From NCBI RefSeq assembly GCF_964355755.1, contig NC_092679.1, positions 24,964,632 to 25,028,631 of the forward strand: a stretch of 64,000 bases of DNA. Reading direction: 5' to 3'. A program made the translations under genes and the position numbers. The stretch is from Antedon mediterranea. Taxonomy: Eukaryota; Animalia; Echinodermata. The stretch's first letter is position 1. Each line of letters opens with the position of its first letter. The notes below the pieces were generated by a model. It made no database searches and was not told where the DNA came from. It saw only the letters and a list, made by a program, of their open reading frames with translations. Below are positions 1 to 12,153 of the stretch, in pieces.

Positions 1-810
1 TAGGGCGCCGCCATAAGTCAGGATGTATACAACTTTTTGTGACTGTCACACTAATCTAAGCCTGGATTCATGATTAAAAATGTTATCAACTACATGCTAA
101 CATATTAAAAGCTATTTATTTTTATTTTATTAAAAGGATATTTAATTGTTCGTTTTATGCAATTTATTTAGTAAAAAACTGCCGAATAGACTCTGCTCCG
201 CCGGTCTCCTTGCCGACGTGTTTTCACTAAGGAGTAAGGATATAGTTTATTTATAGTTTAATAACACTAATTTTGTATTTCTATATTTAATTTGTTTCTG
301 GTAGAAAAAAAAATATATCCTAAAGTATCCTATTAATAAACATGTATTTTATACTAATTTATATCATAATAACATTACTTAATTTACCGGGCGTAGATTA
401 GTACGTGGCAATGAAAAAGAATACGCCACGGCTGAGTAAAAGGTCTTTCACACGTACCTCTTCCTCCGGTCCGGCGTATCGAACATCAATGTTCTGTTTT
501 TTCACGAAGCTCCACGCGGCTATGCGCCTCGATATGCGCGTAGTAGCCGCGTTAAAACGAACATTGACGTTCGATTGGATTTTTCGGTGCCGCATCGCAC
601 CGCCGGAACAGGTACGTGTGAAAGACCCTTTAACGCTTGGTTGATTTTTGTTGTTGCTTTTCGGCCTTTCTTTGTAAACTAATTTAGCATGGCGGTAAAT
701 AATATTCTGTAGAAGTGATCATGTACACTATTTTCTTATTAAATATGTTTTATAGAATGTTTATTAAATTGCAAAATATATGATCATAATTCTATTTAAT
801 GTATAATATC
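1..810. mobile_element. Diverged internal/subterminal portion of the P-like element family seen at 48336-49976 (inverted copy of ~49270-49908; its terminus would lie just left of the window)
   Basis: 1-810 aligns by eye with the reverse complement of ~49270-49908 (shared blocks TAGGGCGCCGCCATAAGT, GGATGTATACAACTTTTTGTGAC, CTTAATTTACCGGGCGTAGA, ATCATAATTCTATTTAATGT), interrupted by the 440-630 MITE. Confidence 0.75.
440..630. mobile_element. PIF/Harbinger-type MITE (~190 bp), TAA TSD
   Basis: TIR AAGGTCTTTCACACGTACCT / AGGTACGTGTGAAAGACCCTT. TAA at 437-439 and 631-633. The paralogous empty site GCTGAG-TAA-CGAT lies on the minus strand at ~49451-49463. Confidence 0.8.
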
Positions 811-1216
811 CAATAATTTTATATAGCCAAAGGCTGGATGTCCAACAACAATGTTATTGCAGTTCAAAAAGTATTATAATGTATTATATTAAATTATTAT
901 TTTTGCTGCCATCTTGTTGGTTCCCCTCCTGTCACTTTTCAGTCTGGAGTATGCCCTCTAGCCTTCGGCTTTACATCTCACTGATAATACTGTATCTATT
1001 ATTATTGTGTCAAGTAATGATCTACTGTTATGTATCGATTAAAATTGGTTGGGGGATAGAGTAGGGGTTGATACTTCTTTTTGCCTCCTTTATACTTTTC
1101 TGTATGTAAATTAATTGATTGTTATATTTTATATTATTCTTTTGATCGATGCACCTTTGTGCTAAGTGTGCTAAAATGGTAATCCCAAATAAATAAAGTG
1201 AATCATGGTGAATAAC

Positions 1217-1821
1217 CAGGCCCGTATGCAGCATTTATAATGGAGGGGTGCGAGCGAAGCGAGCAACAATGGCTGGGGGCCAGGGGGCCGCCAAGGGCCC
1301 CCCGGACAGGGTCCAGGGGCCGAAGGCCCTGGAAAAATTTGCGTTATTTGACGTTCTAAAGACTGATGTAAGACTCTCTGTTGTGGCTTGGGCTAGTTGA
1401 ACGATGGACACCAGAACTTAACGCTTTCATGATGAGGCCAACTCAGTATATTATATTCCCCGACAAAAAGTACACGTGTTCCCTGACGTTAAGTTGTCTG
1501 TATTTCTCCAGCAAACACTTTACCGCGTACCGCGTACATGAAGCGCTAAGCTATTGCTTGTCGTCACATGATCGACTGCGCATGTTTTACATCGAGTTTG
1601 TAGTCAGTTCAGATTCCGTAATTTAATTACCGGTATTTTTTCATTTTATATTAGCATATTTTTGTTTGTATACCATTGATAATGTAAATTTTGTATATAT
1701 ATAATGATATTGTCTTTAGTTAAACAAGACAAGAAAAAATACCAACCGAGGAAATAGTGGACCTTTTGGGACTTGGGGGGGTGCGTCTGCACCCAACGCA
1801 CCCCCCCTGGATACGGGCCTG
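1217..1821. mobile_element. Non-autonomous hAT-like element with 5-bp TSD (hAT5-like)
   Basis: TIR CAGGCCCGTATGCAG / CTGGATACGGGCCTG; ATAAC at 1212-1216 and 1822-1826; GC-rich subterminal regions; no ORF. Confidence 0.7.
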
Positions 1822-2081
1822 ATAACGGATGAAGCAAACGTAATCACGGAAAAAAACCTCAGCTGGCTTAGACTAGTGTGCATTTCCCGACGTATGTGGC
1901 GCCCTTCTGCATGAAAAAAGTTACTGTTGTTACGCTTGTGTCAAGCTAGCCAACAATAAGCCAGCCAACATTAAGTCAGCCCACTTTTATTTTTTCCAGC
2001 CAACAATAACTATGAAACGCCGTTTGTGCATTCTTTACATTTTCATTGCTACTTATGGCTTTTATGGTATTAGGAATTAAA

Positions 2082-5000
2082 TATTTGTGAGAAAAACGGC
2101 GGATTGTTCCTGGGATTCACTTGGTGGGATTATACTAGGGTACCCCCTTAGTCGTCCAGTATAAGTTAGAGTGGGACCACTGGTCCCGTTTACTCAGCCC
2201 TCATCTTTAAAATTTGAGTGTAACTCAATTACGATTTTTAAAATATAGTTAAATTTGAAACTGTATTTGTGAGAAAATGGCGGATTGTTCCTGGGAGTCA
2301 CTTGGTGGGATTATACTAGGGTACCCCCTTAGTCGTCCAGTATAAGTTAGAGTGCGACCACTGGTCCCGTTTACTCAGCCCTCATCTTTAAAATTTGAGT
2401 GTAACTCAATTACAATTTTTAAAATATAGTTAAATTTGAAACTGTATTGGTGAGAAAATGGCGGATTGTTCCTGGGATTCACTTGGTGGGATTATACTAG
2501 GGTACCTCCTTAGTTGTCCAGTTTAAGTTAGAGTGGGACCACTAGTCCCGGCCCTTTACTCAGCCCTTATCTTTAAAATTTGAGTGTAACTCATTTACGA
2601 TTTAAAAAATATAGTGAAATTTGATACTGTATTTGTGAGAAAATGGCGGATTGTTCCTGGGAGTCACTTGGTGGGATTATACTAGGGTACCCCCTTAGTC
2701 GTCCAGTATAAGTTAGAGTGGGACCACTGGTCCCGTTTACTCAGCCCTCATCTTTAAAATTTGAGTGTAACTCATTTACGATTTTTAAAATATAGTGAAA
2801 TTTGATACTGTATTTGTGAGAAAACGGCGGATTGTTCCTTAGAGTCACTTGGTGGGATTATACTAGGGTACACCCTTAGTCGTCCAGTATAAGTTAGAGT
2901 GCGACCACTGGTCCCGTTTACTCAGCCCTCATCTTTAAAATTTGAGTGTAACTCATTTACGATTTTTAAAATATAGTGAAATTTGATACTGTATTTGTGA
3001 GAAAACGGCGGATTGTTCCTGAGAGTCACTTGGTGGGATTATACTAGGGTGCCCCCTTAATCGTCCAGTATAAGTTAGAGTGGGACCACTGGTTTCGTTT
3101 ACTCAGCCCTCATCTTTTAAATTTGAGTATAACTCATTTACGATTTTTAAAATATAGTGAAATTTGATACTATATTTGTGAGAAAACAGCGGATTTTTCC
3201 TGAGAGTCACTTGGTGGGATTATACTAGGGTGCCTCCTTAGTCGTCCAGTAAAAGTTAGAGTGGGACCACTGGTCCCGTTTACTCAGCCCTCATCTTTTA
3301 AATTTGAGTGTAACTCAACTACGATAAAAAAAATTAAAATATAGTGAAAATTGATACTGTATTTGTGAGAAAATGGCGGATTGTTCCTGGGAGTCACTTT
3401 GTGCGATTATACTAGGGTACCTCCTTAGTTGTCCAGTAGAAGTTAGAGTGGGACCACTGGTCCCGTTTACTCAGCCATTATCTTTAAAATTTGAGTGTAA
3501 CTCAATTACGATTAATATTTTAAAATATAGTTAAATTTGATACTGTATTTGTGAGAAAATGGCGGATTGTTCCTGGTAGTCACTTGGTGGGATTATACTA
3601 GGGTACACCCTTAGTCGTCCAGTATCAGTTAGAGTGGGACCACTGGTCCCGTTTACTCAGCCATCATCTCTAAAATTTGAGTGTAACTCATTTACGATTT
3701 TTAAAATATAGTGAAATTTGAAACTGTATTTGTGAGAAAACGGCGGATTGTTCCTGAGAGTCACTTGGTGGGATTATACTAGGGTACACCCTTAGTTGTC
3801 CAGAATAAGTTAGAGTGGGACCACTGGTCCCGTTTACTCAGCCCTCATCTTTAAAATTTGAGTGTAACTCATTTACGATTTTTTTAAATATAGTGAAATT
3901 TGATACTGTATTTGTGAGGAAATGGCGGATTGTTCCTGGGAGTCACTTTGTGGGATTATACTAGGGTACCTCCTTAGTCGTCCAGTATAAGTTAGAGTGG
4001 ACCACTGGTCCGGTTTACTCAGCCCTCATCTTTAAAAATTGAGTGTAACTCATTTACGATTTTAAAAATATAGTGAAATTTGATACTGTATTTGTGAGAA
4101 AATGGCGGATTGTTCCTGGGAGTCAATTGGTGGGATTATACTTGGGTACCCACTTAGTCGTCCAATATAAGTTAGAGTGGGACCACTGGTCCCGTTTACT
4201 CAGCCCTCATTTTTAAAATTTGAGTGTAACTCATTTACGATTTTTAAAATATAGTGAAATTTGAAACTGTATTTGTGAGAAAACGGCGGATTGTTCCTGA
4301 GAGTCACTTGGTGGGATTATACTAGGGTACACCCTTAGTCGTCCAGTATAAGTTAGAGTGGGACCACTGGTCCCGTTTACTCAGCCCTCATCTTTAAAAT
4401 TTGAGTGTAACTCATTTACGATTTTTAAAATATAGTGAAATTTGATACTGTATTTGTGAGAAAACGGCGGATTGTTCCTGAGAGTCACTTGGTGGGATTA
4501 TACTAGGGTACCTCCTTAGTTGTCCAGTTTAAGTTAGAGTGGTACTACTGGTCCCGTTTACTCAGCCCTTATCTTTAAAATTTGAGTGTAACTCAATTAC
4601 GATTAATATTTTAAAATATAGTGAAATTTGATACTGTATTTGTGAGAAAATGGCGGATTGTTCCTGGCAGTCACTTGGTGGGATTATACTAAGGTACCCC
4701 CTTAGTCGTCCAGTATAAGTTAGAGTGGGACCACTGGTTCCGTTTACTCAGCCCTCATCTTTAAAATTTGAGTGTAACTCATTTACGATTTTTAAAATAT
4801 AGTGAAATTTGAAACTGTATTTGTGAGAAAACGGCGGATTGTTCCTGAGAGTCACTTGGTGGGATTATACTAGGATGCCTCCTTAGTCGTCCAGTATAAG
4901 TTAGAGTGAGACCACTGGTACCGTTTACTCAGCCCTCATCTTTTAAATTTGAGTGTAACTCATTTACGATTTAAAAAATATAGTAAAATTTGATACTGTA

Positions 5001-8000
5001 TTTGTGAGAAAATGGCAGATTGTTCCTGGGAGTCACTTGGTGGGATTATACTAGGGTAACTCCTTAGTTGTCCAGTAGAAGTTAGAGTAGGACCACTGGT
5101 CCCGTTTACTCAGCCCTCATCTTTAAAATTTGAGTGTAACTCATTTACGAATTTTAAAATATAGTGAAATTTGATACTATATTTGTGAGAAAACGGCGGA
5201 TTGTTCCTGAGAGTCACTTGGTGGGATTATACTAGGGTGCCTCCTTAGTCGTCCAGTATAAGTTAGAGTGGGACCACTGGTCCCGTTTACTCAGCCCTCA
5301 TCTTTTAAATTTGAGTGTAACTCATTTACGATTTTAAAAATATAGTGAAATTAGATACTGTATTTGTGAGAAAACGGCGGATTGTTCCAGGGAGTCACAT
5401 GGTGGGATTATACTAGGGTGCCTCCTTAGTCGTCCAGTATAAGTTAGAGTGGGACCACTGGTCCCGTTTACTCAGCCCTCATCTTTTAAATTTGAGTGTA
5501 ACTCATTTACGATTTTAAAAATATAGTGAAATTAGATACTGTATTTGTGAGAAAACGGCGGATTGTTCCAGGGAGTCACTTGGTGGGATTATACTAAGGT
5601 ACGTCCTTAGTCGTCCAGTAAAAGTTAGAGTGCGACCACTGGTTCCGTTTACTCAGCCCTCATCTTTTAAATTTGAGTGTAACTCAATTACGATAAAAAA
5701 ATTTAAAATATAGTGAAAATTGATACTGTATTTGTGAGAAAATGGTGGGTTGTTCCTGGGAGTCACTTGGTGGGATTATACTAGGGTACCTCATTAGTTG
5801 TCCAGTAGAAGTTAGAGTGGGACCACTGGTCTCGTTTATTCAGCCCTCATCTTTAACGTTTGAGTGTAACTCAATTACGATTAATATTTTAAAATATAGT
5901 GAAATTTGATACTGTATTTGTGAGAAAATGGCGGATTGTTCCCGGGAGTCACTTGGTGGGATTATACTAGGGTACCTCCTTAGTTGTCCAGTTTAAGTTA
6001 GAGTGGTACCACTGGTCCCGTTTACTCAGCCCTTATCTTTAAAATTTGAGTGTAACTCAATTACGATTAATATTTTAAAATATAGTGAAATTTGATACTG
6101 TATTTGTGAGAAAATGGCGGATTGTTCCTGGCAGTCACTTGGTGGGATTACACTAAGGTACCCCCTTAGTCGTCCAGTATAAGTTAGAGTGGGACCACTG
6201 GTTCCGTTTATTAAAATTTGAGTGTAACTCATTTACGTTTTTAAAATATAGTAAAATTTTAAACTGTATTTGTGAGAAAACGGCGGATTGTTCGTGAGAG
6301 TCACTTGGTGGGATTATACTAGGGTACCTCCTTAGTCGTACAGTAGAAGTTAGAGTGGGACCACTGGTACCGTTTACTCAGCCCTCATCTTTTAAATTTG
6401 AGTGTAACTCATTTACGATTTAAAAAATATAGTGAAATTTGATACTGTATTTGTGAGAAAACGGCGGATTGTTCCTGAGAGTCACTTGGTGGGATTATAC
6501 TAGGGTACCCCCTTAGTCGTCCAGTATAAGTTAGAGTGGGTCCACTGGTCCCGTTTACTCAGCCCTCATCTTTCAAATTTGAGTGTAACTCATTTACGAT
6601 TTTTAAAATATAGTGAAATTTGATACTGTATTTGTGAGAAAACGGCGGATTGTTCCTGAGAGTCACTTGGTGCGATTATACTAGGGTACCCCCTTAGTCG
6701 TCCAGTATAAATAAGAGTGGAACCACTGGTGCCGTTTACTCAGCCCTCATCTTTTAAATTTGAGTGTAACTCATTTACGATTTTTAAAATATAGGGAAAT
6801 TTGATACTGTATTTGTGAGAAAACGGCGGATTGTTCCTGAGAGTCACTTGGTGGGATTATACTAGGGTGCCACCTTAGTCGTCCAGCTCAGTATAAGATA
6901 GAGTGGGACCACTGGTCCCGTTTACTCAGCCCTCATCTTTTAAATTTGAGTGTAACTCATTTACGATTTAAAAAATATAGTGAAATTAGATACTGTATTT
7001 GTGAGAAAACGGCGGAATGTTCCTGGGAGTCACATGGTGGGATTATACTAAGGTACGTCCTTAGTCGTCCAGTATAAGTTAGAGTGCGACCAATGCTTTC
7101 GTTTACTCAGCCCTCATCTTTTAAATTTGAGTGTAACTCAATTACGATAAAAAAAATTTAAAATATAGTGAAAATTGATACTGTATTTGTGAGAAAATGG
7201 CGGATTGTTCCTGGGAGTCACTTGGTGGGATTATACTAGGGTACCTCCTTAGTTGTCCAGTAGAAGTTAGAGTGGGACCACTGGTCCCGTTTACTCAGCC
7301 CTCATCTTTAACGTTTGAGTGTAACTCAATTACGATTAATATTTTAAGATATAGTGAAATTTGATACTGTATTTGTGAGAAAATGGCGGATTGTTCACCG
7401 GGAGTCACTTGGTGGGATTATACTAGGGTACCTCCTTAGTTGTCCAGTTTAAGTTAGAGTGGGACCACTGGTCCCGTTTACTCAGCCCTTATCTTTAAAA
7501 TTTGAGTGTAACTCAATTACGATTAATATTTTAAAATATAGTGAAATTTGATACTGTATTTGTGAGAAAATGGCGGATTGTTCCTGGCAGTCACTAGGTG
7601 GGATTATACTAGGGTACCCCCTTAGTCGTCCAGTATAAGTTAGAGTGGGACCACTGCTTTCGTTTACTCAGCCCTCATCTTTAAAATTTGAGTGTAACTC
7701 ATTTACGATTTTTAAAAAATAGTTATATTTGAAACTGTATTTGTGAGAAAACGGCGGATTGTTCCTGAGAGTCACTTGGTGGGATTATACTAGGGTACCT
7801 CCTTAGTCATACAGTATAAGTTAGAGTGAGACCACTGGTACCGTTTACTCAGCCCTCATCTTTTAAATTTGAGTGTAACTCAATTACGATAAAAATTTTA
7901 AAATAGGCCCTATAGTGAAAATTGATACTGTATTTGTGAGAAAATGGCGGATTGTTTCTGGGAGTCACTTGGTGGGATTATACTAGGGTACCTTCCTAGT

Positions 8001-8470
8001 TGTCCAGTATAAGTTACAGTGGGACCACTGGTCCCGTTTACTCAGCCCTCATCTTTAACGTTTGAGTGTAACTCAATTACAATTTTTTAAATATAGTTAA
8101 ATTTGAAACTGTATTTGTGAGAAAATGACGGATTGTTCTTGGGAGTCACTTGGTGGGATTATACTAGGGTACCTCCTTAGTCGTCCAGTATAAGTTAGAG
8201 TGCGACCACTGGTCCCGTTTACTCAGCCCTCATCTTTTAAATTTGAGTGTAACTCATTTACGATTTTAAAAATATAGTGAAATTTGATACTGTCTTTGTT
8301 AGAAAACGGCGGATTGTTCCTGGGAGTCACTTTGTGGGATTATACTAGGGTACCTCCTTAGTCGTCCAGTATAAGTTAGAGTGCGACCACTGGTCCCGTT
8401 TACTCAGCCCTCATCTTTTAAATTTGAGTGTAACTCAATTACAATTTTTAAAATACAGTTAAATTTGAAA
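2082..8470 (+). repeat. Left satellite arm, ~35 tandem units of ~181 bp
   Basis: TATTTGTGAGAAAA(C/T)GGCGGATTGTTCCTG...GGGACCACTGGTCCCGTTTACTCAGCCCTCATC... recurs every ~181-185 bp (GTGAGA at 2087, 2269, 2450). Confidence 0.95.
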
Positions 8471-11382
8471 TTTCACTATATTTTAAAAATCGTAAATGAG
8501 TTACCCTCAAATTTAAAAGATGAGGGCTGAGTAAACGGGACCAGTGGTCGCACTCTAACTTATACTGGACGACTAAGGAGGTACCCTAGAATAATCCCAC
8601 CAAGTGATTCCCAGGAACAATCCGCCATTTTCTCACAAATACAGTTTCAAATTTAACTATTTAAAAAAAATTGTAATTGAGTTACACTCAAATTTTAAAG
8701 ATGAGGGCTGAGTAAACGGGACCAGTGGTCCCACTCTATCTTATACTGGATGACTAAAGAGGTACCCTAGTATAATCCCACCAAGTGAATCTCAGGAACA
8801 ATCCGCCGTTTTCTCACAAATACAGTATCAAATTTCACTATATTTTAAAAATCGTAAATGAGTTACACTCACATTTTAAAGATGAGGGCTGAGTAAACGG
8901 AACCAGTGGTCCCACTCTAACTTATACTGGACGACTAAGGGTGTACCCTAGTATAATCCCACCAAGTGACTCAGGAACAATCCGCCGTTTTCTTACAAAT
9001 ACAGTTTCAAATTTCACTATTTTTTAAAAATCGTAAATGAGTTACACTCAAATTTTAAAAATGAGGGATGAGTAAACGGGACCAGTGGTCCCACTCTAAC
9101 TTATACTGGACGACTAAGTGGGTACCCAAGTATAATCCCACCAAGTGACTCCCAGGAACAATCCGCCATTTTCTCACAAATACCGTATCAAATTTCACTA
9201 TATTTTTAAAATCGTAAATGAGTTACACTCAAATTTTAAAGATGAGGGCTGAGTAAACCGGACCAGTGGTCCCACTCTAACTTATACTGGACGACTAAGG
9301 GGGTACCCTAGTATAATCCCACCAAGTGACTCCCAGGAACAATCCGCCATTTTCTCACAAATACAGTCTCAAACTTCACTATATTTTTTTTAATCGTAAA
9401 TGAGTTACACTCAAATTTAAAAGATGAGGGCTGAGTAAACGGTACCAGTGGTCCCATTCTAATTTATATTGGACGACTACGGAAGTACCTTAGTATAATC
9501 CCACCAAGTGACTCCCAGGAACAATCCGCCATTTTCTCACAAATACAGTTTCAAATTTAACTATATTTTAAAAATTGTAATTGAGTTACACTCAAATTTT
9601 AAAGATGAGGGCTGAGTAAACAGGACCAGTGGTTCCACTCTAACTTATACAGGATGACTAAAGAGGGGTACCCTAGTATAATCCCACCAAGTGACTCTCT
9701 CAGGAACAATCCGCCGTTTTCTCACAAATACAGTATCAAATTTCACTATATTTTAAAAATCGTAAATGAGTTACACTCAAATTTTAAATATGAAGGCTGA
9801 GTAAACGGGACCAGTGGTCCCACTCTAACTTATACTGGACGACTAAGGGGGTACCCTAGTATAATCCCACCAAGTGGCTCCCAGGAATAATCCGCCATTT
9901 TCTCACAAATACAGTATCAAATTTCACTATATTTTAAAATATTAATCGTAATTGAGTTACACTCAAATTTTAAAGATAAGGGCTGAGTAAACGGGACCAG
10001 TGGTCCCACTCTAACTTAAACTGGACCACTAAGGAGGTACTCTAGTATAATCCCACCAAGTGACTCTCGGGAACAATCAGCCATTTTCTCACAAATACAG
10101 TATCAAATTTCACTATATTTTAAAATATTAATCGTAATTGAGTTACACTCAAACGTTAAAGATGAGGGCTGAGTAAACGGGACCAGTGGTCCCACTCTAA
10201 CTTCTACTGGACAACTAAGGAGGTACCCTAGTATAATCCCACCAAGTGACTCCCAGGAAAAATCCGCCATTTTCTCACAAATACAGTATCAATTTTCACT
10301 ATATTTTAAAATTTTTTACCGTAATTGAGTTACACTCAAATTTAAAAGATGAGGGCTGAGTAAACGGAACCAGTGGTCGCACTTTAACTTATACTGGACG
10401 ACTAAGGACGTACCTTAGTATAATCCCACCATGTGACTCCCAGGAACAATCCGCCGTTTTCTCACAAATACAGTATCTAATTTCACTATATTTTTAAAAT
10501 CGTAAATGAGTTACACTCAAATTTAAAAGATGAGGGCTGAGTAAACGGGACCAGTGGTCCCACTCTAGCTTATACTGGACGACTAAAGAGGCACCCTAGT
10601 ATAATCCCACAAAGTGACTCTCAGGAACAATCCGCCGTTTTCTCACAAATACAGTATCAAATTTCCCTATATTTTAAAAATCGTAAATGAGTTACACTCA
10701 AATTTAAAAGATGAGGGCTGAGTAAACGGGACCAGTGGTCCAACTCTAACTTATACTGGACGACTAAGGGGGTACCCTAGTATAATCACACCAAGTGACT
10801 CCCAGGAACAATCCGCCATTTTCTCACAAATACAGTATCAAATTTCACTATATTTTTTAAATCGTAAATGAGTTACACTCAAATTTAAAAGATGAGGGCT
10901 GAGTAAACGGTACCAGTGGTCGATCCCACTTTAACTTATACTGTACGAATAAGGAGGTACCCTAGTATAATCCCACCAAGTGACTCCCAGGAACAATCCG
11001 CCATTTTCTCTCACCAATACAGTTTCAAATTTAACTATATTTTAAAAATTGTAATTGATTTACACTCAAATTTTAAAGATGAGGGCTGAGTAAACGGGAC
11101 CAGTGGTCGCACTCTAACTTTTACTGGACGACTAAGGGGGTACCCTAGTATAATCCCACCAAGTGACTTCCAGGAACAATCCGCCATTTTCTCACAAATA
11201 CAGTTTCAAATTTAACTATATTTTAAAAATCGTGATTGAGTTACACTCAAATTTTAAAGATGAGGGCTGAGTAAACGGGACCAGTGGTCCCACTCTAACT
11301 TATACTGGACGACTAAGGGGGTACCCTAGTATAATCCCACCAAGTGAATCCCAGGAACAATCCGCCGTTTTTCTCACAAATA
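8468..11382 (-). repeat. Right satellite arm, ~16 units of the same ~181-bp repeat in reverse orientation
   Basis: CAGGAACAATCCGCC(A/G)TTTTCTCACAAATA and GATGAGGGCTGAGTAAACGGGACCAGTGGTCCC are reverse complements of the left-arm unit. Confidence 0.95.
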
Positions 11383-11712
11383 TTTAATTCCTAATACCAT
11401 AAAAGCCATAAGTAACAATGAAAATGTAAAGAATGCACAAACGGCGTTTCATAGTTATTGTTGGCTGGAAAAAATAAAAGTGGGCTGGCTTATTGTTGGC
11501 TGGCTTATTGTTGGCTAGCTTGACACAAGCGTTGTTACAGGGAAAACCACGTTACGTCGCGTAATCGGATCGTACGAGGCCGAGTGAAGGGTGTGACGTG
11601 TATACGACGTAGGCTCTCTCTCTCTAGGCAAAGCGTTATCGTCCGTTTGTTGACTTCTGGTGTGATACGTGGATTGTATGCTGTATCGGATCAATTGTTA
11701 TTAAAAATAATA

Positions 11713-11836
11713 ATGAATAAATCCGAGAATCCCGGTTTTATAGGTAGACAAGTTAATAACTTCCGTTGGCTGTGGATAAACTACTTATGTTTCTTTTCTC
11801 TCAACATGCTGGAACCATGGGAACAGGCCATATTTA
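11713..11836 (+). CDS. SPTSS: Serine palmitoyltransferase small subunit (ssSPT), coding exon 1
   Basis: MNKSENPGFIGRQVNNFRWLWINYLCFFSLNMLEPWEQAIF contains the family motif Y..L.MLEPWE...F; ends at a GTATCCTTT donor, phase 1. Confidence 0.88.
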
Positions 11837-12153
11837 GTATCCTTTTTGCATGATGAGGCCTCTCTATCATCCTCTATCTAGCTAGGTTAGGTGGGCCTAA
11901 ACTAGGCTAGATCTGCTAGCTAGGGATCTAATTCTAAGCCTACTTTACTACTTACTACTGCTATACTAGCTAGCTAGGCTAGATCAACTTTTTTAGATTG
12001 AAATGCATATGAATTATGTGAATTTATTATTTAATATTAAAATGTAAACTAGCCTGCTAGCTAGGCTAGGGCAGGGCTATTTTGTATTACTAATACTTAA
12101 TACTGATAGTAGTAGGCCTAGGCTAAGAGTATAGATAGGCCTATATAATAATA

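Larger units (their letters stand above)
1934..11530. mobile_element. 9.6-kb foldback-type non-autonomous transposon whose inverted arms are a ~181-bp satellite
   Basis: Starts GCTTGTGTCAAGCTAGCC and ends GGCTAGCTTGACACAAGC. Unique 148-bp inverted termini (1934-2081 / 11383-11530). Direct repeat GTTGTTAC at 1926-1933 and 11531-11538. Orientation switches at ~8468. Confidence 0.9.

Noticed and set aside
2082-11382. Regularly spaced palindromic repeats as a CRISPR array
   Set aside because: Whole units repeat with no unique spacers, there are no cas genes, and the context is eukaryotic.
11584-11853. 89-aa ORF as a complete gene
   Set aside because: Starts at GTG and runs through the U12 donor; the real CDS starts at 11713 and splices to 15171.
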